From Candidatus Heimdallarchaeota archaeon (GTDB lineage: Archaea; Asgardarchaeota; Heimdallarchaeia; Heimdallarchaeales; Heimdallarchaeaceae), in NCBI GenBank assembly GCA_019057375.1, contig DXJF01000099.1:1-36733 (forward strand): a DNA stretch of 36,733 bases, read 5' to 3'. The notes below the pieces were generated by a model. It searched no databases and had not been told where the DNA came from. It worked only from the letters and a program-made list of their open reading frames with translations. How positions within the stretch are numbered: the stretch's first letter is position 1; every line of letters begins with the position of its first letter. The translations under genes and the position numbers were made by a program. This document shows positions 9,380 through 18,558 of this stretch, piece by piece.

Positions 9380-11386
9380 ATGAGTAAAAAGAATTTATCA
9401 ATAGATGATTTATTATTATTGAAACAAATTACAACAGCAAAAATTTTACCAAACAAGAATTTTTTGTTTGAAGAACTATCGATGAATGAGAAAGAGAACA
9501 AATACAATTCTGCTGTATATTTAATTTCTGAAGGCCAAAGTCCAAAACAATTTACCAGCGGATTAACTCAAGATAAATCCATGAAACCTTCCCCCAACAA
9601 AAATCAATTGGCTTTTTTAAGTGCTAGAGGTGAAGAAAAAGCAAAAACACAGATTTTTATCATGGATGTTAATGGAGGAGAATCTGTTCAATACTCCAAA
9701 ACTTCAAATGGCGTTTCTGAATTTGAGTGGTCTTTAGATGGTCAAAAGATGGCTTACATACACAGAGTAAATCTTGAGGAACAATCTTTAGAAGATGAGA
9801 AAAAAGATGAAGTTAAAAAAAGTCTTCTAGATTACAAGATAGAAACTCTTGAAAAAGAAGAGAAGGATAAGAAAAAGATTGATCCAAGGGTTGTAAAAGA
9901 TATTGTGTACAGAAGAGGAACAGTCTTTTTGGATGATAAGTATTCTCATGTTTATTTCTTCGATTTAGAAACTAAAACATCAACAAGAGTTACTAAAGGA
10001 GAATTCAATTATTTCTCTCCAGTACTGAGTGAAGATAATAAAACCATTTATGCAGTAAAACATAATGTAGAAGGTTTCATGAATGATACCTATGAATTTG
10101 TTATTGTAGAAATTGACATAGAGACAAAAGAAGAAAAAGTTATCAAAACAATGTATGGTTTTGGGTCAGCTCTTGGTATCTCACCTGATGGAAAATGGTT
10201 AGTATTTAGCGGTAACAGCTCTCCAGAAATAGTTTCTACACAAAATAATGAGCTATATTTATTAAATCCAAAAACAGGAGAAGAGAAATGGGTCTCAGAG
10301 AAAATAGATAATCATGCAGTATTACCGGTTTTTGATAGTGAAACAACCTACCTTTATTTCTTAGTTGATAATTGGGAACGTATTGCTGTACATCGTTTCA
10401 ATATAGACAGAGAAACTGTTGAAGAAATCTATTCAGGAGATTCAATGATCTATTCTTTTGATGTTGATAGTGATCAAGGATTGATTCTCATTAACGCTTC
10501 ACAAAAAGAAGAATTCTCTGTTTTAATGCTCTACGACTTTGTTTACAAAGAACTAAAAACATTATGGAAAACAAATGAAAAAGTGCTTACTGAAAGGAAA
10601 CTTGCAGAAACAGAAGAAATAAAATATTCTGGTTTTGAAGGAAAAGAAATCCAAGGATGGATTATAAAACCACCTAACTTCGATGAAAGCAAAAAATATC
10701 CAACAATTGTTGAAATCCATGGTGGACCCCATGCGACATGGAGCCCCTTTGGAAGATCTATGTGGTTTGAATTTCAGTATTTTGCCTCCCAAGGATATGT
10801 GGTTTTTTATTGCAATCCACGAGGATCAAGTGGAAGAGGATATGATTTCCGCAACATCTACCAACAATGGGGTACAGAACCAGCCAATGACATACTAATT
10901 GGCCTTGATAAAGTAGTTGAAAAAGGGTACGTAGATGAAGATAACTTGTTCATTACAGGAGGATCATATGGCGGATATATGACCGCTTGGATTATAGGTC
11001 ATGATCAGAGATTCAAAGCAGCTGTTCCTCTAAGAGGTGTATATAATCTAGTTAGTTTCTGGAGCACAACGGATGTAACTAAACTCATTAAGGATGAAAT
11101 AGGAACCTTCCCATGGGAAGATCTAGATAAAAATTGGGAGTTTTCTCCAATAGCTTATGTTAATAAAACCAAAACCCCAACAAGAATTATTCATTCTGAA
11201 AAAGATTTTAGGGTTTCCATCTCTCAAGCTGAAGAATATTTTGCTTCTCTCCTTAAACTAGGTACTACAGCTGAACTCATAAGATATCCCGAAGAAGGGC
11301 ATGAACTCAGTCGTTCTGGTAAACCTCTCCATATGAAAGATAGACTAGAGAAAATAATTGAATGGTTTGAAAAATATAAGTCATGA
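9380..11386 (+). CDS. S9 family peptidase (acylaminoacyl/dipeptidyl peptidase-like; beta-propeller plus hydrolase domain)
   Basis: IHGGPH, NPRGSSG, nucleophile GGSYGG, HSEKDFRV (Asp), EGHELS (His). ATG at 9380; alternative GTG at 9368. Confidence 0.92.
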   Translation: MSKKNLSIDDLLLLKQITTAKILPNKNFLFEELSMNEKENKYNSAVYLISEGQSPKQFTSGLTQDKSMKPSPNKNQLAFLSARGEEKAKTQIFIMDVNGGESVQYSKTSNGVSEFEWSLDGQKMAYIHRVNLEEQSLEDEKKDEVKKSLLDYKIETLEKEEKDKKKIDPRVVKDIVYRRGTVFLDDKYSHVYFFDLETKTSTRVTKGEFNYFSPVLSEDNKTIYAVKHNVEGFMNDTYEFVIVEIDIETKEEKVIKTMYGFGSALGISPDGKWLVFSGNSSPEIVSTQNNELYLLNPKTGEEKWVSEKIDNHAVLPVFDSETTYLYFLVDNWERIAVHRFNIDRETVEEIYSGDSMIYSFDVDSDQGLILINASQKEEFSVLMLYDFVYKELKTLWKTNEKVLTERKLAETEEIKYSGFEGKEIQGWIIKPPNFDESKKYPTIVEIHGGPHATWSPFGRSMWFEFQYFASQGYVVFYCNPRGSSGRGYDFRNIYQQWGTEPANDILIGLDKVVEKGYVDEDNLFITGGSYGGYMTAWIIGHDQRFKAAVPLRGVYNLVSFWSTTDVTKLIKDEIGTFPWEDLDKNWEFSPIAYVNKTKTPTRIIHSEKDFRVSISQAEEYFASLLKLGTTAELIRYPEEGHELSRSGKPLHMKDRLEKIIEWFEKYKS

Positions 11387-12253
11387 AATATTTTTTCTTA
11401 TTTTTTCTTTTTCAAAATTAATATGCAACTTTTCTGAGAATCTTCTTTGAATCCCCTTGATATATTTCTCTTCCTTCTCAATCATTATGAATTTTCTATT
11501 TAATGCATTAGCAACATATCCTGTTGTTCCCAAACCTGCCATGGGGTCAAGAACTACATCTCCCTCTTTAGACGTTGTTAGGATGATTCGTTTTAATAGT
11601 TCAATAGGTTTCTGAGTGGAATGAAGTTTTTTCCCCTCTTCATCTTTCATTCTCTCTTTTCCTGTACAAAGAGGTATAACCCAAACATTAGCTCCTACTT
11701 TGCCAAGACCATATTTCTTAGCCACGTTTTTATCAAAGGTGTATTTTTTCACATCTTTATCTTTAACGGCCCAAATCAACGTTTCAGTTGCGTTAGTGAA
11801 TCTAACTCCTAACCAGTTAGGCATTGGGTTTGTTTTTAACCAAAGTACATCTGATAACAGCCAATATCCTAAATCTTGCATAATTTTCCCTATACGATGA
11901 ATGCTGTGGTAAGTAGAGATTATCCATAAAGCAGCTTTCTCTTTCATTATCCTTTGCGTTTCTTCTAAAATACTTTGAATAAAAGTATCGTACTCTTCAA
12001 ATGATTCAAATTTATCCCATTCATCATTTACTGCATCAACTGAAGTTTTCACATTCCATCGTTTTAATTGCCTTTTAGGTAGTTGAAGGTAATAGGGTGG
12101 ATCCAGAAAAACAAGATCAGCAGAATCTGAAGGAATTTTCTTGAGAATGGCTAATGCATCTCCAAATAATGTCTTATTAAGAATATCCTCTAAAGGGTAA
12201 TCTAATACCGATTTTTTATCCTTTACAATAAGATTCTTTGAAGATAGATCCAT
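11381..12253 (-). CDS. Beta-class DNA adenine/cytosine methyltransferase, CcrM/M.HinfI-like, orphan
   Basis: DPPY catalytic motif before HSTQKP and DPMAGLGTT (SAM-binding). NPMPNWLGVRF and PLCTGKER closely match CcrM segments as I recall them. Start placed at M26 of the ORF-track protein. Confidence 0.88.
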   Translation of the reverse strand: MDLSSKNLIVKDKKSVLDYPLEDILNKTLFGDALAILKKIPSDSADLVFLDPPYYLQLPKRQLKRWNVKTSVDAVNDEWDKFESFEEYDTFIQSILEETQRIMKEKAALWIISTYHSIHRIGKIMQDLGYWLLSDVLWLKTNPMPNWLGVRFTNATETLIWAVKDKDVKKYTFDKNVAKKYGLGKVGANVWVIPLCTGKERMKDEEGKKLHSTQKPIELLKRIILTTSKEGDVVLDPMAGLGTTGYVANALNRKFIMIEKEEKYIKGIQRRFSEKLHINFEKEKIRKNIS

Positions 12254-12347
12254 TAGTATGAATAATGCAAGATAACCTAATTTATATCTTTTTACTTTTG
12301 GTTTTTCGAGGATTAATTTAAAATACAAGCACTCCTAAACGGTTCTC

Positions 12348-12803
12348 ATGAAACAAGTTTATGTTGGGATGGCCGCTGTTATTGAAAAAGAAGGCAAGAT
12401 ACTAATAATGAAAAGATCAAAAGAGAGAGACTTTCAACCTGAAACCTGGGAAGTAGTAACTGGAAGATTAGAAGCGGAAGAATCTCCCGTAGATGGAGTC
12501 TTGAGAGAAGTTGTTGAAGAGACTGGATTGAAAGTTGAAGTCATTTTACCCTTAGATACAGGTTTCTTTTATAGAGGAGGAAAAGAGTTTCCAGTGGTTT
12601 TCATTTCCTATTACTGTAAGTATCTAGAAGGTGAAGTAAAACTAACGTGGGAACATTCAGAATCCAAATGGATAAAGTTGGATGAAGCAGTGAATTTACC
12701 TGATTTAAAGCATTTTCACGCTATGTTTAATAACTTGAAGAAACTGAAAGAATACTTACCTGAAAACTTCAAGTATTCTTTTACACCTGCAGTTAGATCT
12801 TGA
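12348..12803 (+). CDS. NUDIX hydrolase
   Basis: Nudix box GRLEAEESPVDGVLREVVEETGL. Confidence 0.88.
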   Translation: MKQVYVGMAAVIEKEGKILIMKRSKERDFQPETWEVVTGRLEAEESPVDGVLREVVEETGLKVEVILPLDTGFFYRGGKEFPVVFISYYCKYLEGEVKLTWEHSESKWIKLDEAVNLPDLKHFHAMFNNLKKLKEYLPENFKYSFTPAVRS

Positions 12804-13014
12804 GTTGATTACCACAATCTTCTCCTACTTGTTTAGAAGGACAATCGTCTTCAGCATAACTACAGAAAACACAACAATCTCCCTCTTTGGGATGAAACAC
12901 TTTTTCACATGAAGGGCACTTGTAAACTCTTATGCAGACATAATCAGGCATCTCAACCTGCTCTAAATTGCCACAATTTGGACATGTGATTTTAGTCTCT
13001 ATTACAGTACTCAT
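12793..13014 (-). CDS. GDCCVxC domain-containing small Cys-rich protein
   Basis: ITCPNCG...MP...C...YKCPSC...GDCCVFCSY...CP signature. Likely ATG at 13014. Confidence 0.85.
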   Translation of the reverse strand: MSTVIETKITCPNCGNLEQVEMPDYVCIRVYKCPSCEKVFHPKEGDCCVFCSYAEDDCPSKQVGEDCGNQLKI

Positions 13015-13062
13015 AGTATGACATTTTTTAATATATGTAAAAACATTTTCCTTAAACAATTT

Positions 13063-14289
13063 TTAATGTAGAACATAATCAAATATTTTCTTTGCAATAG
13101 CTATTTTTGTTCCTTCAACCCTTTCTAATTTACTGCTTAATCCTATCATAGCAACTTTGTTGAAATCACTCTCAAAACCTGTTTTCTCTTCTGAAACGTC
13201 ATTTGCGATCACAAAATCTGCTTGAGCATTTTCCATTCTATCTTTTGCTCTTTCTACAAGTTCTGGATCAGTTTTCTTATACTCAGCTTTGAATAAAACT
13301 AGTTTTGACTGAGGGGAGTTCTTTTTTATTTCATCTGCTAATTTCTGAGCTGGTAATAGAGTTAATTCCCATTTTTCTTTCGATGAAATCTTCTCATCTA
13401 AGTTTTCTTCTGGTACAAAATCATTCATTGCTGCTGCCAGAATTATATAGTCATATTGATTTTTGCTGACTAAATCAAGAGCTTCTTCGAACATATCTTT
13501 TGGTGTCTCTACTTTGATAGAATCTCCAATGACTTTCGATGGATTCAATTGAGATGGTCCGTAAATTAGTTTAACCTCTGCTCCTCTTCTCCAAGCTTCT
13601 AATGCAACTGAGTAACCCATCTTTCCTGAGGAAGGATTACTAATGAATCTTATTCCGTCAATATAAGCTCTAGTAGGCCCAGCAGTGACAAGCACTTTCT
13701 TTCCATCTAAAGATTGATCACTAAGCTTTCTTAAACAGAATTCGACTATCTCATCTGTTTCGGGTATTTTGGCTTTTTCCTCATCAATTCGAGGATATAG
13801 AATTTCTACATCCATTCCTTTAAGTTTTTCAAGATTTTCCTTAATAGCTGGATTAAGCATCATAACTTCATGCATTGTGGGAACAATTATAATAGGGATC
13901 TTACTTCCCAAAGCAGTACCAGAGATAAGTGTAACAGGAGTATCCATAATCCCAGTAGCTATTTTTGAAATTGAATTAGCTGTGATTGGTGCAACAAGAA
14001 TTAAATCAGCTTTTTCTTTGGATGATCCAGCATATTTTACATGTTCTACTTCGCCTTCGATTACAATAATTGCTTTCTCTCCAGTTGCCCATTCAAAAAT
14101 CAAAGGATTAATGAATTTTGCAGCTTCAGGCGATAGAACGGGGATTACTTTTGCTCCATGTCTCATTAGTTTTCTGGAAATTTGTGGAGCAAGATAACAT
14201 GAGATTGAACTTGTGATACAATGAATTATTGTTTTGCCATCTAATTCATTACTTAACGTGCTTGTAATATCTTTTGAAATATGAGACAT
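13063..14289 (-). CDS. coaBC: Bifunctional phosphopantothenoylcysteine decarboxylase / phosphopantothenate-cysteine ligase
   Basis: APITANSISKIA, PTMH..M, TAGPT..ID.IRFISNPSSGKMG, AAAMNDF and ANDV motifs. Confidence 0.95.
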   Translation of the reverse strand: MSHISKDITSTLSNELDGKTIIHCITSSISCYLAPQISRKLMRHGAKVIPVLSPEAAKFINPLIFEWATGEKAIIVIEGEVEHVKYAGSSKEKADLILVAPITANSISKIATGIMDTPVTLISGTALGSKIPIIIVPTMHEVMMLNPAIKENLEKLKGMDVEILYPRIDEEKAKIPETDEIVEFCLRKLSDQSLDGKKVLVTAGPTRAYIDGIRFISNPSSGKMGYSVALEAWRRGAEVKLIYGPSQLNPSKVIGDSIKVETPKDMFEEALDLVSKNQYDYIILAAAMNDFVPEENLDEKISSKEKWELTLLPAQKLADEIKKNSPQSKLVLFKAEYKKTDPELVERAKDRMENAQADFVIANDVSEEKTGFESDFNKVAMIGLSSKLERVEGTKIAIAKKIFDYVLH

Positions 14290-14363
14290 GAATAGAGCTT
14301 ATTATTTCTAAAAATAAATTTTTGGCTAGGTGTGAAAATCTATCTGTGCGAAAATAATGAATG

Positions 14364-14396
14364 AACCTAATAATTTATAAGGTGTGCTTATAAATT
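14364..14396. promoter_or_regulatory. Divergent coaBC/ferritin promoter with mirror TATA boxes forming a perfect 10-bp inverted repeat
   Basis: AATTTATAAG-gtgtg-CTTATAAATT (14372-14396), plus an overlapping imperfect 19-bp palindrome ACCTAATAATTTATAAGGT (14365-14383). Confidence 0.55.
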
Positions 14397-14425
14397 GCAC
14401 ATAGCAAATTTACAAGGTTAACAGA

Positions 14426-14908
14426 ATGGCAAACATTAGTGAAAAATTAAATGAAGCGTTTAATATTCAAATAAAAGAAGAATTAGAATCAGCCTATCTC
14501 TATTTAGGAATGGCTGCATGGTTTGAAGAGAGAACTCTCAATAATCTCGCTGACTGGTTTAAAATGCAAGCTGAGGAAGAGTTTGAACATACTATGAAAT
14601 TCAAATCTCACATTATTGAAAGAGGTGGTTCTGTTCATTACCCAGCCCTAGCAGAACAAAAACAAGATTGGACAAACATAATGGAAATTCTTGAAGCTGC
14701 TTATGAACATGAAAGATACATCACAAGTAAGATTATTGGACTTCATGACGCAATTAAAGAACTTAAAGAATACAGCTCTGTTCATCTTATTCTATGGTTC
14801 TTAGAAGAGCAAGTCGAAGAAGAAGATAATATCTCAAGTCTTATTGATAAATATAAAGGCTACAAGAACGACTTCAACTTTGATCATCATGTAAAAAGAA
14901 CTGTGTAA
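14426..14908 (+). CDS. ftnA: Non-heme ferritin
   Basis: QIKEELESAYLY, EEFEH and EQVEEE ferroxidase motifs; 160 aa. Confidence 0.92.
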   Translation: MANISEKLNEAFNIQIKEELESAYLYLGMAAWFEERTLNNLADWFKMQAEEEFEHTMKFKSHIIERGGSVHYPALAEQKQDWTNIMEILEAAYEHERYITSKIIGLHDAIKELKEYSSVHLILWFLEEQVEEEDNISSLIDKYKGYKNDFNFDHHVKRTV

Positions 14909-14979
14909 ACTAGTTTCCTTTTTCTTACTTTTCCTTTTTCTCTGAAAAACCTTTTAATTTAGAATATATTTTTTTAATT

Positions 14980-15948
14980 GTGAAACAAGAAAAATCTATT
15001 CTTCTAATTGGTTTAGGTGCAATAGGTTCGGTTTTATTTTCTAGATTAGTTAGAAACGATTACAAGGTTGTTTGCGTTACATCTTTAAAGAGTTCAAAAT
15101 TGATTAGAAAAAAAGGAATTAGAGTCCAACTTACAACTGATGTTTCACCTCTGTTGCATAATTGTGAAGTATATGCAAAACTACCAGAGGATTATATTTT
15201 TGATAATTGCATCATTTCTACCAAATCTTGGTTAAATGAAATTCTTATTGAGGATTTAGAAAAATGGTTAACTTCTGAAGCTTCAATTCTCCTATTCCAG
15301 AATGGTTTGAATGTAGAAAGACCATTTCTTGTTTCCCCAAAAAAATGGAAAATCACTAGAGCAATCACTTCTCTAGCTGCTTTGAGGAAAGAGAAAAATC
15401 ATTCTGTTGAAGCTAGTATAGGTGATACATTTATTGGAAGCATTAATCATGAAGATCAAGAAGAACTTAAAAGAGTCAAAGAACTACTGACTGAAATTGG
15501 ACTTACAGTTGAAATATCTGAAGATATTCAGAGAGATATCTGGATGAAAACAGTAACAAATAGCACAATTGGTCCGTTAAGTGCAATTACTGGTCTTACC
15601 AATGGAGATGTATTAGAAGATAGTTTTCTTAATAAAATAATTAGCTCAGTTATAGATGAAATCATACTCGTAGCTCCTGAAGAAATAGCCTTGAATTATG
15701 AAGAAGCCTATAACATGATAAAGAAGATAGCAAGTCAAACAGCAAATCATAAATCATCCATGCTTCAAGATATAGAAAGCAAAACAAAGACAGAAATTAG
15801 CACACTTAATGGTGAGATAATCTATTTAGCTGAACAAAAGGGGATAGATGTTCCAATCAATAAGAAATTAGTTGAACTAGTAAATAAATCAACAGATGAT
15901 AATTTTCCCAAAGAGTTAGCAATTCTTGAACTAAGATCTATATATTGA
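14980..15948 (+). CDS. panE: 2-dehydropantoate 2-reductase (ketopantoate reductase)
   Basis: GLGAIG Rossmann motif, FQNG, IWMK, SSMLQD...TEI..LNG. Confidence 0.92.
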   Translation: MKQEKSILLIGLGAIGSVLFSRLVRNDYKVVCVTSLKSSKLIRKKGIRVQLTTDVSPLLHNCEVYAKLPEDYIFDNCIISTKSWLNEILIEDLEKWLTSEASILLFQNGLNVERPFLVSPKKWKITRAITSLAALRKEKNHSVEASIGDTFIGSINHEDQEELKRVKELLTEIGLTVEISEDIQRDIWMKTVTNSTIGPLSAITGLTNGDVLEDSFLNKIISSVIDEIILVAPEEIALNYEEAYNMIKKIASQTANHKSSMLQDIESKTKTEISTLNGEIIYLAEQKGIDVPINKKLVELVNKSTDDNFPKELAILELRSIY

Positions 15949-16841
15949 GTGATATTATGTCAAAATTCTGGGTAGCATCACACATTAGTGGAATATTTAC
16001 AATACATGATGAAGCAGAGGACACTATTTACAAGGGGTCAAAAGGAGCTGGTTTTTCAATAAATCGTGGAACCACTACATGGCTAGAAGAATCAGATGAT
16101 TCGGAGAATCATATTTTCTTCAATGGTAAAGAAGTTCAAAAATCTGTAGCAAAAATATCTGATTATATAATGTCATATTGTCAAATTGCAGCAGATAAGA
16201 AAGTAGATAGAACTCATGGAGTTTCTCTATTTCATGAATTTGAGGTTCCATTGGCTTGTGGTTTTGGAGCTAGTGCCTCGGGAGCTCTTGGAAGTTGTTT
16301 AGCTTTTAATGAATTTTATGATTTACAATTCACCGAAAATTTCCTTCAATGTCTTGCTCATTCTGCAGAAGTTAATTATAGTGGTGGTTTAGGTGATATT
16401 TCTGGTCTTCTTCAAGGAGGATGGGAATTTCGCTTACAACCTGGTGCTCCTGGAGTAGGAGAAGTTAGAAGTATTTTAGAAAATAGCTACAGAGTTGCTA
16501 CAATTACTTTTGGAGAGATTCCAACTAAATCAATTATTACCAGCGCTAGTTGGAAGGAACAAATTAACAAAGTTGGAGAGTTATTTTTAGCAGATTTAAA
16601 TAATGAACCTACGATAAGAAACTTTGCTACTGTATCAAAACAGTTCTCCATAACTTCTCTTCTTGCTACTCCCCAAGTAAATGAGATTATGCATGATTTA
16701 GAGAGTAGCGAAATCCTTGTTGGTCAGATTATGCTAGGCAATGGCGTTTTCTTGATCTATAAAAATAGGTCAGTTTTATCTAGTCTAGATGATTATATTG
16801 AAGAAGAAATTTGCTACAATACTGTAAAGAAATATGGCTGA
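15945..16841 (+). CDS. Pantoate kinase (archaeal GHMP kinase, PoK)
   Basis: HISGIF, SKGAGF, VPLACGFGASASG GHMP motif, HSAEV..GGLGD, G.E.R..PGAPG; adjacent to panE, panB and PPS. Confidence 0.9.
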   Translation: MSDIMSKFWVASHISGIFTIHDEAEDTIYKGSKGAGFSINRGTTTWLEESDDSENHIFFNGKEVQKSVAKISDYIMSYCQIAADKKVDRTHGVSLFHEFEVPLACGFGASASGALGSCLAFNEFYDLQFTENFLQCLAHSAEVNYSGGLGDISGLLQGGWEFRLQPGAPGVGEVRSILENSYRVATITFGEIPTKSIITSASWKEQINKVGELFLADLNNEPTIRNFATVSKQFSITSLLATPQVNEIMHDLESSEILVGQIMLGNGVFLIYKNRSVLSSLDDYIEEEICYNTVKKYG

Positions 16842-17657
16842 TTAATCATATCGATGTTCCTGAGAAGGAAATTTACCTGATTTAACTTCCTCTGCAAATT
16901 CTATCACAGCATTTTTGATGATAGAGTTAACATCTGCATACTTTTTAACAAACTTAGGTTTCAAGTCGAAAGTGAGCCCAATTAGATCATCTATAACAAG
17001 AACTTGACCATCACAGTATTCCCCAGCTCCTATACCTATAGTTGGAATAGATAATTCTTCTGTAATCTTCTTAGCAAGTTTCCAAGGAACAGATTCAACA
17101 ATTAAAGCGTAGATTCCAGCTTCCTCCAGCATTTTTGCATGTTTAATTAATCTCTCTTCATCCTTTGACTCTTTACCTTGAACTTTGAAACCTCCAAATT
17201 CATTAATATATGTTGGAGTGAGACCTATGTGACCTAATACTGGTATACCAATTGCTTTTATCTTTTTGATTTCCTCAGCTCTTTCCTCTCCTCCTTCAAG
17301 TTTGACAGATTCACATTTTCCCTCTTTAACAAGTCTTCCAGCGTTTCTGACAGTTTCTTCAACATTAACTCCATATGTTAAGAAAGGCATGTCACCTATG
17401 ATGTGTGCACGTTTTGTTCCTCTTGCAACTGCTTGACTATGTCGAATAGAATCTTCAATTGTAACTTCTAGTGTATTCTCATAGCCAAGAACAGTCATCC
17501 CTAGAGAATCTCCGATTAGAATAGAATCAATCCCTATTTCATCAATGATCCTTGCTAAAGGATAAGTATATGCAGAAATCATTGTGATTTTGGTTCCATC
17601 ATCTTTCATTTTTTGAAAATCTTTGATTGTTATTTTCTCCATTGTAGACATTTTCAA
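16842..17657 (-). CDS. panB: 3-methyl-2-oxobutanoate hydroxymethyltransferase
   Basis: LIGDSLGM, GDMPF, VKLEGG, GHIGLTP, IGIGAG, DGQVLV motifs. TTG at 17657 or ATG at 17651. Confidence 0.96.
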   Translation of the reverse strand: MKMSTMEKITIKDFQKMKDDGTKITMISAYTYPLARIIDEIGIDSILIGDSLGMTVLGYENTLEVTIEDSIRHSQAVARGTKRAHIIGDMPFLTYGVNVEETVRNAGRLVKEGKCESVKLEGGEERAEEIKKIKAIGIPVLGHIGLTPTYINEFGGFKVQGKESKDEERLIKHAKMLEEAGIYALIVESVPWKLAKKITEELSIPTIGIGAGEYCDGQVLVIDDLIGLTFDLKPKFVKKYADVNSIIKNAVIEFAEEVKSGKFPSQEHRYD

Positions 17658-17665
17658 ACAACTTC

Positions 17666-18448
17666 CTATTCAACTTTTGGTTTTACAAGTTCTCCTTCTG
17701 CTAAATTATTAAGCCGCTGTGATATGTATAGCAAGCTATCCTGTAAAGATTTGTGATTATCGAAATTTTTAACAATTTCTAAAAGATCTTCCTTACTTTT
17801 GTTTTTTAGTTTCTCAGCAATACTTACCATTTCAGGGATTGCTCTTATTACATTATTAACTATTGTAATGTTTGACCAGATTGAAGTTCTAGAAAGTGGA
17901 TTTAAATCTATGGTGATTACTTTCTTCCCCATTTTTCTTAAAGCCATTGTCCTATCACCGTCCTCTAAAGGAACTAGTATTACATCAGCAGAAAAAATTC
18001 CTCTTTTGTCTACTACTCTTCTAGAGTGAGATAATTCTTCAATGGTTGTATAAAACTCAAGATTGTTTCCCAGAATATTTTTAGCTCCTGCTTCTTCAAG
18101 TTTTTTTGTTACTACTGCTGATCTTTCTTCCCTTCGATAAAAGAGATTAACTTCAAGGTTTACAGAAAGAATATCTGCCAATTTAATTAAATCTTCTGAA
18201 CACAATGATGCAACGTTACCATTTACAGAAATTATTGCTTTTTTTGCTAAAAGTATCATGGCAACTGCTGCGGTTTGTTGCTGAATTGCAAACGAAGGTG
18301 TTTTTTCACCAATTAAGTAATCGAAGGCTTCCCCTCGTCCATGAGCTATTAAGCCAGCTTCTGCTACAACATTTTGATGCATTCCTTCTATGATCAACTC
18401 TCTAACACGTAAAGATTCTGCTCTTGGATGATTTTTAGGAATTTTCAA
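17666..18448 (-). CDS. Phosphopantothenate synthetase (4-phosphopantoate--beta-alanine ligase, archaeal PPS)
   Basis: IP..HPR..SL, HGRGEAFDYLIGE, SVNGN, VNLFYR, VPLEDGDR, IDLNPLSRT hallmarks. Confidence 0.95.
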   Translation of the reverse strand: MKIPKNHPRAESLRVRELIIEGMHQNVVAEAGLIAHGRGEAFDYLIGEKTPSFAIQQQTAAVAMILLAKKAIISVNGNVASLCSEDLIKLADILSVNLEVNLFYRREERSAVVTKKLEEAGAKNILGNNLEFYTTIEELSHSRRVVDKRGIFSADVILVPLEDGDRTMALRKMGKKVITIDLNPLSRTSIWSNITIVNNVIRAIPEMVSIAEKLKNKSKEDLLEIVKNFDNHKSLQDSLLYISQRLNNLAEGELVKPKVE

Positions 18449-18558
18449 CTTTATTCAACCTAATAATTCCTAAAGGCTAAATAAATATCTTCATAAAAGA
18501 GATTCATAAGGTCTTTCCTAACATTTTTTATATAACTAAGTTGAAGATAGTTCCATCC

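Noticed and set aside
11381-12803. Type II restriction-modification system
   Set aside because: The neighbours are a peptidase and a NUDIX hydrolase; no nuclease-like ORF is nearby.
12348-12803. NUDIX as a CoA pyrophosphatase, given its position by the CoA cluster
   Set aside because: The NuCoA signature preceding the Nudix box is not evident; substrate left unassigned.
12793-13014. Selenoprotein (UGA read-through)
   Set aside because: All GDCCVxC cysteines are Cys codons, and no in-frame TGA elsewhere is followed by a convincing continuation of homology.
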